DNA of 64,000 nt from contig NC_086104.1 in NCBI RefSeq assembly GCF_963921235.1, positions 35,774,001 through 35,838,000 of the forward strand, written 5' to 3'. The stretch is from Mobula hypostoma. Taxonomy: Eukaryota. Numbering within the stretch: the first letter of the stretch is position 1; each line of letters opens with the position of its first letter. A model generated the notes under the pieces. The model was not told the DNA's origin, made no database searches, and was given only the letters and a program-made list of their open reading frames with translations. The position numbers and the translations under genes are program-made. Positions 1-13,959 of the stretch are shown here, one piece after another.

Positions 1-130
1 CTCACTGGTCTATAATTTCCTGGGCTACCTCTACTCCCTTTCTTGAATAAGGGAACAACATCTGCAACCCTCCAATCCTCCAGAACCTCTCCTGTCCCTA
101 TTGATGATGCAAGGATCATCACCAGAGGCT
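1..130 (-). mobile_element. CR1 LINE ORF2 fragment
   Basis: Minus strand resembles the CR1 RT segment (G.VPEDW...PLFKKG...NYRPVS) that is intact in the 43804-45483 copy. Confidence 0.7.
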
Positions 131-160
131 CAGCATTTTGTGTGTGTTGCTCGGATTTCC

Positions 161-797
161 TGCAAAAAGGCGGGAAGAGAAGATTGCAGCGCAACGCGCG
201 CACGCAGCTCTCCAGTGAAAATGATATCGTATCTGTTAAATAGGGGCCGTGGACAATTCTGATTTGATGAAGACAGACGTGAGAAGCAGAGGAACATTTG
301 GAGAAATTTCTGGAATGCCTGGTTCTCTGCTGTTGTTACTGTGTGATCGAGAATCTCCGGAGGGTAGGCCCCAAAATCCCCGGCTTTGCCTGCTGCTGGC
401 AACTGAGGCTGAGGTCAAAACGTTTGGACAGAGATGGTGCTTGGTACGCGGTGTCGGAGGGCTGATCAGAGCTCAAAGTTTTCGGACGACTCAGAGTCGG
501 ACTGTGGTTGGGCATGGCAGGGAGAGATTTCTGCCTTCTCCCGTCTGCATGAGATGTGGGACTTTCAAGAAACTTTGAACTTTTTTACTGTGCCATGGAC
601 TGTTCTTCAACAAGTTATGGTATTGTTGCACTGTTGTAACTGTATGTTATAATTATGTGGTTTTGTTAGTTTTTCAGTCTTGGTCTGTCCTGTTTTTTGT
701 GATATCACACCGGAGGAAATATTGTATCATTTCTTAATGCATATATTACTAAATGACAATAAAAGAGAACTGCGTGTCCTCATAATCTAATCTAATC
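161..797 (+). mobile_element. Non-autonomous retroposon (SINE/LINE 3'-derived) with (TAATC)n tail, inserted into a Penelope terminal-repeat tail
   Basis: Ends aataaa...(taatc)3; splits the Penelope tail cagcattttgtgtgtgttgctcggatttcc / gcagattttctcttgtttg (131-160 and 798-819). Confidence 0.55.
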
Positions 798-819
798 TGC
801 AGATTTTCTCTTGTTTGTG

Positions 820-1175
820 CTAAGGACTTCCAAGTCCCTTCGCACTTCAGTGTTAGCATTTTCTCTCTATTTAGAAATAATCACACTTTCATTTATTCTA
901 CCAAAGTGCATGACTGTACACTTCCCAACGCAGTATTCCATCTGACAATCTCCGAATCTGTCAAAGATGTTCTGTCGCCTCTCTACTTCCTCAAAACTAC
1001 CTGCCCCTCCACCTATCTTTGCAACAAAGCCATTAATTCCATCATCCAAGTCATTAACATACAATGTAAAAAAAATAAGTCCCAACACAGACCCCTGTGG
1101 AACACCACTAGTCACCAGCCGCCAACCAGAAAAGGCTCTCTTTATTCCCACTCTTTGCCTCCTGCCAATCACCAC
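820..1175 (-). mobile_element. CR1 LINE RT fragment
   Basis: ORF 867-1175: RRQRVGI...[12 protein letters not shown]...YVNDLDDG. Confidence 0.85.
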
Positions 1176-2852
1176 TTGTTTTTTTATTTCGCTTGAGGTT
1201 TCACTCTGGCTATATACTGAGTCTCATGTGATTTTGCACTGAGTACAGTAATACTGTCCAGGTGAGACAGGCTGAATGGTCTGCTTCTGCTTAGTATATT
1301 CAACGATTCAGAGCTCAGTTTGTAAGTTTGCCTTCACAAAACTGCTGCTCAATGTAGAATGGAAAGTGTAGAGGAGACGCGCGATATTGGAAGTAATATA
1401 CACCAGCCTGAAGGAGAAATATGAGCACTCCTGCTCAGACTGCATCTTTGACATAGTTACCCTTACACGTACTAATTAGACAACCACCCTTCACCATGCC
1501 TTCAGAAATCCAGAGTCTGTATTTCCCTCTCTGAATCTCTGTGTCTCTCCTATTCTTAAGGCTTTTTGGGGTCACATATCCTCATTTCTCCTTATCTACG
1601 TTGGTCTTAGCTTTATTTAGAATTGTGTCTGTGAAGCTTCCTTAGTTAATTTATTGTCATAAAGTTGTTTTATAAATGTATGTTTATATTGTAAGTCACA
1701 TCACACTGCCTTCTTAAAATAACCCCAAAACAAAATGCTACATTGGATTGATTTCAAACTCAGTCAACATAGTTATCAATAAGTTAAATAATAAGTCTCA
1801 ACTGAAATAAAGATCAGAACAGGATGCTGATTTCCTGCCAACCATTTTCTATAATTACATAATACCTGCATCAAAGTACCTGTTCAGGTCTGTTCATCTT
1901 TCTGCTGATAGAAGTTCAAATCATTTTGGAAAGTATTTAGATCTATCTATATTATACTGTATATGCAGTGAGATCAGGAGAATTGTCATGAAGTGACGAT
2001 GAGAAGTTGATGAGTGGTGGTATAGAATGTGGTGAAAAAGGAATGGTTGGAGCAGTCGTCAATTGTTCTTAATTTCCTCTGCATACTCAATTGCTCTTTC
2101 CAGAATGATGTTAGAGTAGATGGGGTAGCATTTTGTTCTGCCTGAAAATATTTTCCAATCATTTGTGGTGGTTTAATACAACAGTATAAATGAGCAATAC
2201 TTAGAATTCAGTCAGAAGTTGCATTGTGAATGGTGGTATGCGTTGCCCAATTTTGTAGCCAATTTTGTCCCCACAATACTGCATAATGGTTCCTGTGGAT
2301 AACATGAGCTCCCATCCCAACCATTCCCCAAGTTAAAACAGTTTGTGAAATTCAATTTTCAAATTAGAGATGGCCATATTATAAAAATGCTGCATCATTA
2401 TAAGTTGGTGGCATTCATATTAGACTCAATTTTAATTGGCCACATATTCAATTATTATAAAACAACAACCTAGGTTTTCCGCTGGGTCAAAGGATGGAGT
2501 AGGGAAATATAAAAATCAAATCTCTCCTTAGGGTTTGTAAATCACCTTTACAATGGTGTAGATTCAAGTAATACTTTTAAAGATCCCCAAGAGTTTAAGA
2601 GGACAGTTTAACAATCAGCTACTTCAACAAGATCTTGAGAGAATGATCTTGTCACATCACCTCCTGACCTAGGCAATGCAATTATGTAGAAGAACTAGAC
2701 CCTGCTTGAACACCAGTGGTGGAATTCCCTAAGGAGAGCACACAACGGCAAAGAGAAGACTGTAAACTCAGTTCCTCTATCCATACCAAAACAAAATGAT
2801 TAACGTCCCTATCAGATAACCTAAACACCTATCTATTTTTCCGAGCTTCCGG

Positions 2853-3607
2853 TGTGAAAAAGACTAAAGAGCTGGTGGGAGACCTGAGGAGAGCTAAGGT
2901 ACCGGTGACCCCTGTTTCCATCCAGGGGGTCAGTGTGGACATGGTGGAGGATTACAAATACCTGGGGATATGAATTGACAATAAACTGGACTGGTCAAAG
3001 AACACTGAGGCTGTCTACAAGAAGGGTCAGAGCCGTCTCTATTTCCTGAGGAGACTGAGGTCCTTTAACATCTGCCGGACGATGCTGAGGATGTTCTACG
3101 AGTCAGTGGTGGCCAGTGCTATCATGTTTGCTGTTGTGTACTGGGGCAGCAGGCTGAGGGTAGCAGACATCAACAGAATCAACAAACTCATTCGTAAGGC
3201 CAGTGATGTTGTTGGGGTGGAACTGGACTCTCTGACGGTGATGTGTGAAAAGAGGATGCTGTCTAAGTTGCATGCCATCTTGGTCAATGTCTCCCATCCA
3301 CTACATAATGTACTGGGTGGGCACAGGAGTACATTCAGCCAGAGACTCATTCCTCCAAGATGCAGCACTGAGCGTCATAGGAAGTCATTCCTGCCTGCGG
3401 CCATCAAACTTTACAACCCCTCCCTTGGAGGGTCAGACACCCTGAGCCAATAGGCTGGTCCTGGACTTATTTCATAATTTACTGGCATAATTTACATATT
3501 ACTATTTAACTATTTATGGTTCTATTACTATTTATTGTTTATGGTGCAACTGTAACGAAAACCAATTTCCCCCAGGATCAATAAAGTATGACTACTATGA
3601 CTATGAC
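2853..3607 (+). mobile_element. Rex1/Babar-type LINE, 5'-truncated 3' end
   Basis: KTKELV.DLRR...YKYLG..IDNKLDWSKN...RLYFLRRLRSF...FYESVVASAI...SFLPAAIKLYN; aataaa plus (ctatga)n tail. Confidence 0.85.
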
Positions 3608-3929
3608 TTGATGGCACTAGAAAACAATGATTACTCGAGTGACATCTTCCAGGTAGTCAATCAACTCAGTTTTTCTATGTTTTCTACTTATTCTTTTCAT
3701 CTTAATTTTGTTTTTGATACTGTTGGAGCCTGTGACTCACAGATTGTTGTTTGATTGAGTGAGCTTGCACTCTGCTGTCCCCAGAAAAACTTCAGAAGAG
3801 AAATGCATGCATGAACTACCATGAGGAGAGGCTCAGGGACAAGACAAGGAGCCATGATCAACTGCATTTCTTGCTGATTAAAGCATCTTGGAAGATTGAA
3901 ACATAGAGGCAAAAGCAGAGGAAAGCGAA

Positions 3930-4393
3930 CAGTTCTCAGAGAGACCTGCTGAAAAGTGTTGGTTCAAGTTGCTAGTTTGAGTCACTGCCCTCAGAAGTGC
4001 CGCTGGTTCATGTCACGGCCCTCGGTGTGTTTGCTGGATCCAATGCTATTGGAGATGTTATTGAAATTCTGAAATTTATGGATTGGGCTGTAGTTCATTT
4101 TGGCCCCTTTCAGCTCTATGGGGTTTTTTCCCGTGTTCTCGCCCATTCTTTCTCGTGTGAATTAGTAGGCTGGGGGCTGGGGTGATCTGTTAGTTTTGTG
4201 CAAGGGAGGGGTTGGGGGTGTTTGAGGTTTGTGAGTGTTTGTTTCTTGTTCTTTTTGTGCTGGGGAGGGAGGATTGATGATGTCTTTCATTCAACTATTT
4301 CTATGGTTTTCTGTATCCTATGGCTATCTGGAGAAGGCAATTTTCTGAGTTGTATTCTGGATACATACTTTGATAATGAGTGAACCTTTGAAC
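3930..4393 (+). repeat. Interspersed retroposon remnant with ...tactttgataat..gaacctttgaac tail
   Basis: Same tail motif at 31430-31510 (+), 17585-17625 (+) and 48215-48270 (-); 5' boundary approximate. Confidence 0.45.
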
Positions 4394-5874
4394 ATGCTGA
4401 CAACAGAGACTGCCTCCCTTCATTGTGTTAAACAACCATAATGTGATACTGCTGATAGCTTCAGTCTGCATTTGATATCATACTCTAGTCTTACCAAATA
4501 TAGGGAGTTTGTCAGAATTACTTCAATCACCTGGACCTGGAAATGTTGAATCGAATGAAAGGTACGTTCTTTGTTTGAAAGTCACTTGAGCACCGATCAC
4601 TGGGCAGCTAAGGCAGGACTTCAGGAGGATCTGAGTGACTGTCTCTCATATACATCCATACATATCATGACAATAGACTGAGAAAATTATTTTAATACAT
4701 TTGATTGTTTATCTTCCGGGAACCAGTAAAATATATACATACAATGCAACTTTATAACAGATCTTAAGGCAGTTTTCTCCTTCACCTCTCTGGGGCATAG
4801 ACCTCTCCCACCTCAGTACATTGCCGTCTTCAACTCATGAGCACTACACATGAAGATTTGTTCGTTACTTGTACTATTTTTAAATTGCTCCAAGATCAAT
4901 GAACAGATACAAGGATTTTTAAAGCAGAGGTGGGCAACCAACCTATTTCCAATAGTACTCATAGGAATGGAGCTTAACAAGAAACTAATTTAATTATTCC
5001 CTTACTGCCAGCAAGATTCCATTGACCTAACTGACAAAGACTTTTCATTTTGACATTTTCAGCAGAATCCTGTCATTTAGGATGTTGTTTTGCTGAGGGA
5101 ATCAAGATGTTCATAAACAATTGACTATCTAAGAGGGGGTGAATGCGTTCTTTTGATATCTTTGGATGCCTGTGCTAACAATGCCAGCAAGATTGGAGAT
5201 CTGGTAATTGAAAAGTTCGTCAACATTGCTGGGCAAGGGTGTAGTGATGGATTAAACATCTGCTTCCTTCAGTCCCTCGATAATAATGCAGCATAGCATG
5301 AAGCTGAAGGAAAAGAAAGATTCTCAGTCATAAATAGCAGTTCGTTTCCATTATGTTTTGTTCAAAGGAGTCACAGGTGGTTGAAATATAGTCAAATATG
5401 CCATTGACTGACAAAATGAATGAAAGATCAGATTATGATCTACAGCATTACAACAATGAACATCATTATTACTTCATCTTTAAAAACATCAAACATTACA
5501 ACAGGACAGGTGGCTTCTGTGAGAGAGAACTTTCGAATCTTTCAAGTCAGTGACCAAAAGCCACATTGTTTTTGGCCATATTTGATCCATTTAGTGAATT
5601 TACAAGCTTTTCCCTCCTTCCCTGAAGGATTTTAGCAGCAGGTGATCTCCCAGATGGCCTTCCATTGGCTGTCAATAGACAAATCAAGCTCCAACAATAC
5701 CACTACTACACTCATTCATGCCTGCACCCATTGCCTAGGTAAATTTAACAAGTAGTTTTGGGAGAGCAAAGTGACATACCTGTACTCTTGCCCATGGATG
5801 AAAGATCATTTGAACTCTACCGAAAGTTGCTCACCTATACTTGAGAGAAGAATTTTGTTTTTAGAGCTAACCTG

Positions 5875-6412
5875 CCATGAGTCCTGTGGGCTTCTGCAGT
5901 GAGCCCCAGAGGGTTGGGCTTCTAGGTTTCTCAAGCACCTGTATTTATCAACTGTTGTCTTAACTAGTGTCGTTAAGCCCTTGTGATTTCTGTTTAATCT
6001 TGTCAAGTTAATTGTGACTGGCACAGGGTGTCTGCATTCTGTGATTATATAAAGTGGACTCCACATTAGCGCTGAACTCGGAGTCCTTAGTTTGAGAGTG
6101 ATTCATCTCACTGTGTCACACCGTTGTGCCCCTGATGTTCTGTTGGGTTTCCTTTGCATAGACCCTTGTCTCCATCCCTACATGGGCATCTGTCATTCCT
6201 CCACACTTGGGTTCAGTCTTTGCCAGCACTCACAGTGACAGAAGGATCCTGCAATCAATGGACTCAGCAGAAGTACAACAGTGGCTTGGATATCGGTCGG
6301 CTAGAGACAGGGGTGCCATCTATACTCAGTGCATGTCCCAAGTCTACCTCCGAGTGCCCTGAGTCTATGTTCTAAGTGTTCGTTCCTCCACACTTGCCAG
6401 CGCTCACCGTTA
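5875..6412 (+). mobile_element. Degenerate Gypsy LTR remnant
   Basis: Segment ends ...cagtgaca (6240), followed by atggactcagcaga (MDSAE, gag-like start); ttcctccacacttg..ccagc.ctcac repeated at ~6196 and ~6383. Confidence 0.35.
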
Positions 6413-7627
6413 GTTTTCTGTGTTTCATATATTTTCTAAATGTTCAATTTCAATGTTTTCCTCTACAATGAGTTCCAGACATTCAGATTTTTCTCCTTTA
6501 TATTGTGTTTTATGAAATTGTAGTTTCTCTACTGCTGTAGGGAAGTTCTTTGCAGTGTCAGTTGTAGCCTGTGAATTAATTATAAACTTAAAAGGAGAAA
6601 TATTAACCAAATGTACTGATACTATAAATAATGTCTACTTTGACGAATTCATTCATTTTAGTTCATAAGTTTGTACATACAGTACATGAGGCAAATCCCA
6701 TGCTAATAATAGACAGAGTCAAAAATCTGTTGAAAACCGAGGAGGAAAATGCAGTACCTAGGTTGTGTTCCATCAATCTTGTTTCTAACTTGTATTTATC
6801 ATGAAAACAATGAAAATGCTTTGGCACAGCGACTAGAAACTTTCAGAGTAAGTGGTGAATGCTGGTGTTTGTTATGCTTTTCTGGCTGGGAATGATCTAG
6901 AAGAATTTTGGATCAAAGTGGTTAGAGAACTAACAATCGGTTCATTCATGCAAGCACCAGTAAAGAGAAATTCCTATGTGGTCAGTATGTGCTGGGTCTT
7001 TGATCCTCCTTAATCTGGCAGCTTCAGTCAGCATTCAGGGCAACTTTAGGTTGCTGAGAATCGATGTATGAAAAAGTCACGTCTTGTCAAAAAGTCCCAC
7101 AATCATGATAATAAAGCCAGTATTTCATTAGCAGTGGCAGGATGAGAGCCTTCAGCTAGCACACGGACACTGTGGATTGCTGTGGTTCTATTTACGTTTT
7201 CAGCATAATGCCGTGAACTTGAGTTACTTACTTCCATAACCCAGAATGCACAAGAATTACGTTAACATTTCTCAAAGACCAAAATGTGGCTGAAAGCTAC
7301 TTCATAAAATCCTACCTTTTTAAGTACCGCATTTATAATTTTCTTTGCTGGTGCTTTACTCTCCTCCTTTGTTAACTACTTTCTACACTGTGGTTACAAA
7401 TACACTGAACAACCTTCAACATTTTTCTTATGAGGCAGTAATTTGTGATTCATTCCTGACAGCTTTTCTTAAAATGCAGTTTGTGGTCAATCATTCTTAC
7501 TGCCTGATCTTGCGTTTACAATTCACACTTTCGATTCATGACACAAGACACAAAGAAGAAGCAGCAACATAAGATTGTCTTTCTGTCCCCAGGTAGAAGA
7601 AAAAGAAATCACATGTACCCACCACCA

Positions 7628-10600
7628 ATCAGGAAAAGTACAGCAGGCTTAACCCAAACACAGAGCAGCGGAGATGATTCAGCAACAAACGATAACTTTA
7701 ATGATAAATTGCAAAATAACAAGCCATGAGGGGCCTCAAAACAAGAGAGAACAGATACTAAGCACAGCAGGCAACAAGGCAACTGAATGCTAAGAGCAAA
7801 TGGTTGCGGCTGGCTGGTTCGATGAGTGAACAAGGGCTGTGGATGAGAGCTAAGCTTAAGTAGGCTGCAGGTGATTTCTGCTAACTGGATGGAAACTGGA
7901 GATGCCTGCCTGTGCAGGCCTGCCAGGACACTTGGCCCAAGGCAATCTGGGTGGGTCCAGTGGAGCTCCTTGATGAGCAATGGATACAAGATGAAACTGG
8001 ACAGCATCTAAGACCTCTCCACCGGGCTGCATACTCTGTCCATGATGACATAAATCCATCGACCAGTGAACCATGTACACTGGACCACCTTCCATCATCC
8101 TAGGTTTGGGCGGTGCAGGGTCCAACTCAGTGCCCTGAGGGAAGCCATGGAGGTTGACTATATGGCGGAGAACCAGGACCCCATCTCAGTGGCTGATGGA
8201 AGTTTGGGGAGAATAATGAAATGGGCTACCTTGGAGAACCAGTCAACCACTATAACGATCACCGTGGCCTCATTGGAAGGCAGCAAACCCATGATAAAAT
8301 CCATGGGGATGCAAGACCACAGGCGTTGAGGGATCGTATGGGGTTGCAGGAGCCCAGAGGGCCACTGGTTGGAGGAATTGGACTGGAGACATTGAGGGCA
8401 GACATAAGCGACCATGGTAGCCCACCAGAACTGGCATCACAGAAAATCTAGAGGCCATCGTGCATCTGAATGGCCGGACAGCAGTGTGGAGCAGGCCCAC
8501 TGGAATCCTTCACAATGCATGACTGCCAGCACGTACATGTGGTTTTCTGGGGTGTCAGTAGGAAGAGGCTAATGTTGTAGGGCTTGGCAGATCTGGTTCT
8601 CAAGGTCCCAGATGATCGGGGTGAGGATCTGGGAGGATGGAATGATAGGCTGAGGGTTGACCTCTGTTTCATGTTCTTGGAGCCAGGTAGGTCTGTTGTA
8701 TGGAAATGAGGTTATGGTGATTAGACCAGATCAGGCAGGGCTCAGATATCACCCAATATCTCCATTCCTCCAAGGCTCATTTAATGGTGAGCAGTTCCCT
8801 GTCTCTGACTCCATAACCATACTGTGTAGAGTTAAACTTGTGTGAGAAGGCAGAATAAGGCCACGTATTCCTGTCCAGTCCTCGCTGGGAGAGGATGGCC
8901 ACTGTGTCCATGTCAGAAGTGCCCAACTGTACCACAAAACGACCGGAGGGACTCGGATGGCAGAGAATGGAAGTGATGGTGAAGTGTCTCGAGCTCTCCA
9001 GAAGTGTGGTCCATGGCAGCAGACCAGGTGCCTTAATGAGGGAGGGGAGAGGAGTGATATTTGGCTGTTGTTTTGGATGAAACAGTGGTAGAAGTAGAGG
9101 AAGCTGAAGAAGCTCAGTAGCTGTTTGAGTGAGTGCAGTTGGGGCACGAACGATTCACACTTTCTCTGGGCCCATTGTTATGCTGAGGGGGAAAGGACAT
9201 AAACTAGGGGTGTGGAACTGGCATTTTTCTAACCTGCAGTACAGCTGGTTTTCAAGGAGACTGAAGGACTGAACAGACATGACAGATGTGGTCTTGGAGA
9301 TTTTTGGAGAAGATGAGAATGTTGTTGAGGTGGCATGTCTTGAAGGCTTGGAAATGGCTGAACAGTGGGAAATTCCGAAAGGTATCACCAAGTATTCATA
9401 GTGGCCAGTGGGTGTTATAAATGCTGTCTTCCACTCCTTCTCCCAAGCGAGTGCAGATCAGGTTGTACAATCTCTGTAGATTCAGTTTGCTGAAGATATG
9501 GATCCACAGTTTGTTTCGAATGTGCTATCCATCAAGGGGAAATGGGGGGGGCGTTTCTTAGTGGTGATTTTGTTGCGTTTTCAGTAGTCGACGCAGGGAC
9601 AAAGATCCCCATCTTTTGTGACAAAGAAGAATCCTGCTCTGGCTGGTGACTGGAATGGTTGAATGAAGCAGTGGTCCTTCACGATGTGGTCATTCACGGC
9701 TTGGGTCTCAGGAGAAGAGAGGGGGAACAGGTAACCTTGGAGACAGGTTGTGCTTGAGAGGGGGTTGATCGTGCAGTCATGTGGTCTGTGAGGTGGCAGG
9801 GTGCTGGTTTCCCTCTTACTGAAGGTGACGGCAAGGTTGTGGCATTCCTATGAAACTTTAGTGAGGCTTGGGTTTCCCTGTCTCCATCAATTTACCGGGT
9901 GAGGTCAACTGAGGTTGCAAACTGTTGTAGTGGTAGGTGGGTCCCCAACTCAGCATTGAACTGGATGATCATGTGAAGTGAGGGTCGTAAGGACAGAGTC
10001 AGGGGTAACCCAAGATAAGAGGAGTGCTGGGTGTGTTGATCAGGAGAAATTGGATGGATTTGCAGTACTCTCCTTTGATCATGTGCACAGTGCGTCTGCA
10101 CTTGCTGACCATCCCAGACCCCAAGCAAGATCTGTCAATGATGGTGGTGCAGAAGGGATAGGCTAGGTATGAAGTCCAAGCGGCACACAGAGTCCAGTTG
10201 TCAACTGCATTGGAATCCACCAGAGCCTGCTGGGTATGTAGCACCATCGGTGTGTGGAGGAGGACAGAGAGAGAGTGAGTTGGGCTATGGTGCTGGCACG
10301 AGGGGCTGGCGAGAGCTCACCAGATAGAGGGCCCCTCACCTCTACATGGTGATGCCACTTCCCGGATGCAGTGGACACTTGATGCGTTGACGTTCAGCTG
10401 CTTCACTGTAGACACGCAAGTTGTTCCTCCACCAATGCTCGCACACTTGGGACGTTAGGGGAGGTCTCCCTAGCTGCCTGGGTTCTGGAGGTGCCGCTGC
10501 GGAGCACCCTGCAGTAGGAAACGATTTTGGGAATGGAACTGACCATTAGGAGGGTTGTTCTACAAGACACATTGATGTGGAGGGCCAGAGTGATGAGGCT

Positions 10601-11540
10601 TTCAAGGTCAGTGGGCATCTCCCAGGTAGACAGCTTGCCTTTCAAGTGCTCTAAGAGACCATGATGGTAACGGGCTCCAGTCGCACTCTGCCAAGTGGGT
10701 CCTGGATTCCATGGTGTAATCCAGCACCATGAGTGTGAGCCTTGACACAGGCAAAGTAACTGATCCGCTGCATCCCTTCCGCTTCCTGGATGGTCGAAAA
10801 CCGTCACATCTCACCAGTAAGATATTCATATCTGCTGCAAATGGGGGTCTTCTTATCCCATTTAGTGGCAGCCCATATCAGGGCTTACCCAGTCAAGGGA
10901 CAGATACTGAAGGCAATTTTGGCTTGATCTGTAAAACACAGAGATGGCTGGAGATTGAAGTGCTGGACACACTGCGACAGCAAACTGCGGCATCAGGTTG
11001 GGGGGCCATCAAAGTGTTCGGGCAGCAGAATCTGGGGCTCTGAGGGAGGAGGTTGACTGGCGCAGGGTTGCTGTATTGAGACAGAGATTTGGTTGGGAAT
11101 GGTGAGCAGATGGTCAATGGTTTCCTGCTGCTTCTCGATTGTGTCCTCCTGTCAATGAGCAACTTGTTTTAGACAGGCAAACTCTGCTGGGTCAATCATT
11201 TGTTCATTCATCCACTCAGGAAATGTGGAGGAGTCTTCAACCAAACACAGAGCAGCAGAGATGATTCAGAAGTGAGTGATGACTTTAATAGTAAACGAGA
11301 AAATAACAAGCCATAAGGTGGCTCCTAACAAGAGAGAACAGATACTTGACATGACAAGGCAACAAAAGTAACTGAAGGCTAGGAGCAACTGGTTGAGGCT
11401 GGCTGGTTCGATGAATGAACAAGGGCTGTGGATGAGAGCTGGGTTTAAATAGGCTGCAGGTGATGAGATGGAAACGAGTAGCAGCTGATTCCTATTAGCT
11501 GGGTGAAGCATGGGAGGAATCTGCCTGAGCAGGTCTGACA
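7628..11540 (-). mobile_element. Ty3/Gypsy (sushi/Tf2-like) LTR retrotransposon, degenerate
   Basis: Related LTRs ~11215-11540 (starts TG on - strand) and ~7628-7925; gag (VFDHP..GRDAADQLL.L.QGS), protease (ALVDS), RT (YLVIPFG), RNase H, integrase (WS.IPMDFIMGL..S....VIVVDWFSKVAHFI.LPKLPSA); many frameshifts. Confidence 0.9.
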
Positions 11541-11671
11541 CCACCTTCCCTGTTTAATTCAGCACAGACCAACGATTCTTCCCACAGCCCAAAGGCACAC
11601 AGGTTGATAGGTCAATTGTCCACTATAAATTGCGTCTGGTATACATTTGAATCTGGGGGGAGTTATCAATG

Positions 11672-12137
11672 TAAAACATAGAACAGTACAGCACAGGGAC
11701 ATGTCCTTTGGCTCACCATTATGTTTGGAACTAACTAACCAGTAATTAAGCACCTTACTGAACTAAACCCTTCTGTCAGCACAGTGCCTATATGCCTTCA
11801 CTCTCTGTACATTCATGTCTATCCAAGAGACTTTTAAATGCCTCCTATTATATTTGCTTCACTACTACCCCTGGCAGTGAATTCCATGGATCCAGCACTC
11901 TTGGTGTAAAAATGTGCTCTGCATATCCACTTTGAAATTATCCCCTCTCACTTTAAATACCATGACTTTTACTTCTAGAATTAGACATTTCAACCCTGTG
12001 TAAAAAAGCTACTGGCTGTCCACCATATCTGCACCCCTCATAATCTTATATTCTTCTATTAGTTTCCCCCCCCAACCCCCACAACCTCTTCTTCTCCACA
12101 GAAAGCAACTTAAAGTTTGTCCAACCTTTCCTTATAG
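11672..12137 (-). mobile_element. Old CR1 3' end
   Basis: catagaacagtacagcacag tail and CR1 C-terminal-like sequence, similar to 38860-39740. Confidence 0.7.
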
Positions 12138-12320
12138 TACGGGATGAGGGTCTCTGCGTTGTACGAGCTATGATGGAAATTATAAAGCGGTTCGTGTACA
12201 ATTAGACTCAAGGAATAGTTAATGGTCAGCATGAAATTGGTAGGCCAAAGTGTTTGTTTCTCTGCTGTATCTCTCCATGATTCAATGTGCAGGTATTTGT
12301 AAGCATTTGTCTAAAGAATT

Positions 12321-13866
12321 TGCCTACACCTCACACACTGTTGACCTTTTCAAGGATTTCAAGTTCCCTGGCTCATTTTCACTATGGATGTCCAGTCCCT
12401 ATACACCTCCATACCCCACCAGGAAGGACTCAAAGATATGCCTGCCTATTTGTCAGCTATGTGGAACAGTCTATGTTTCAAACCTACACTGATGACCGTC
12501 CCGCACTTCTCCTATACTACATCAACAACTGCATTGGTGCTACTTCCTACACCCATGCTGAACTCGTCAATTTCATCCACTTCACCTCCAACTTCCACCC
12601 TGCCCTCAAATTCACCTGGTTCATTTCCAACACCTCCTTTCCCTTTCTCAATCTCACAATCTCTATCTCTGGAGACAGTTAATCCACCGATATCTATTAT
12701 AAACCAACGGACTCTCACAGCTACCTGGACTATACCTCATCCCATTCTGCTACTTGTAAAAACACCATCCCCTTCTCTCAATTCCTTTTGCGTCTGCCCT
12801 CCGGATGAAGCTTTTCATTCTAGAACAAAGGAGATGTCCTCCTTTTTCAAAGAAAGGGACTTCCCTCCCTCCACCATCAAAGCTGCCCTCAATGCTTTTC
12901 TTCCATTTCACGCATGTCTGCTCTTACCTCATCCTCCCACCACGCTACCAGGGATAGGGTTCCTCTCGTCCTCACCTAAAGTCCCCCCCAGCCACCGCAT
13001 CCAGCACATAATTCTCCAAAACTTCTACCACCTCCAACAGGATCCCACACCAAGCACATCTTTCCGTGCACCCCACTTACTGCTTTCCGCAGGGATTGCT
13101 CCCTACGTGACTCCCTTCTCCATTCATTCCCCCCCCAGTGATCTCCCTCCTGGCCTTTATCCTTGCAAGCGGAACACGTGCTACACTTCCTCCCTCACTA
13201 CCATCCAGGGCCCTAAACAGTCCTTCCAGCAGATGCAGCACTTCACCTGTGAGTCTGTTGGGATCATTTACTGTGTTCGATGCTCCCGGTGTGGCCTCCT
13301 GTACATTGGTAAGACCCAGCATAGATTGGGAGACTGCTCCGCCGAGCATCTATGCTCCGTCCACCAGAACAATTGGGATCTCCCAGTGGCCACCCATTTT
13401 AGGTTGGAGGAACAACATCTTAGATTCCACTTGGGTAGCCTCCAACCTGATAGCATGAACATCGATTTCTCAAACTTCCAGTAATGCTCCCCAACCTCTC
13501 CTCTTCTCCATTTCCCATTCCCTTGTCCTTCTCTCACCTCATCTCCTTGCCCGACTATCGCCTCCCTCTGGTGCTCCTCCCCCTTTTTCTCTCTTCCCTG
13601 GCCTTCTGTCTCTTTCACCAATCAACTTTCCAGCTCTTTACTTCATCCTTCCCCCTCCAGGTTTCATCTAACACCTGGCAGTTCTCTCTCCCCTTCCCCC
13701 ACCTTCTTAATCTACTCCTCATCTTTTTTTCTCCAGTCCCGCTGAAGAGTTTTGGCCCGAACATCGACAGTACTTTTTTCCATATATACTGCCTGGCCTG
13801 CTGAGTTGCTCCAGCATTTTGTATGTGTTGCTCGGATTTCCAGCATCTGCTGATCTTCTCGTTTGC
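12321..13866 (+). mobile_element. Penelope-like element (Neptune type), 5'-truncated, frameshifted
   Basis: MDVQSLYTSIPH RT motif, FHPALKFTW, YPCKRNTC linker, IYCVRCSRCGLLYIGKT GIY-YIG; 3' pLTR with decayed hammerhead (~13733-13771); possible TSD ctaaaga(a/g)tt at 12311 and 13867. Confidence 0.9.
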
Positions 13867-13959
13867 CTAAAGAGTTATTTGAGGTTAATTTTGCCTATTT
13901 GATGATCGAAAGTTTCAAATGGATACCATCTCAAACAGGCTCAGCACAGTAATTGAATG

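Noticed and set aside
10403-10807. Domesticated PEG10/RTL1-like gag gene
   Set aside because: Frameshifted and embedded in a decayed LTR-flanked element
12384-13484. 366-aa ORF as a host mucin-like or novel protein
   Set aside because: Frameshifted mosaic of Penelope RT and GIY-YIG reading frames
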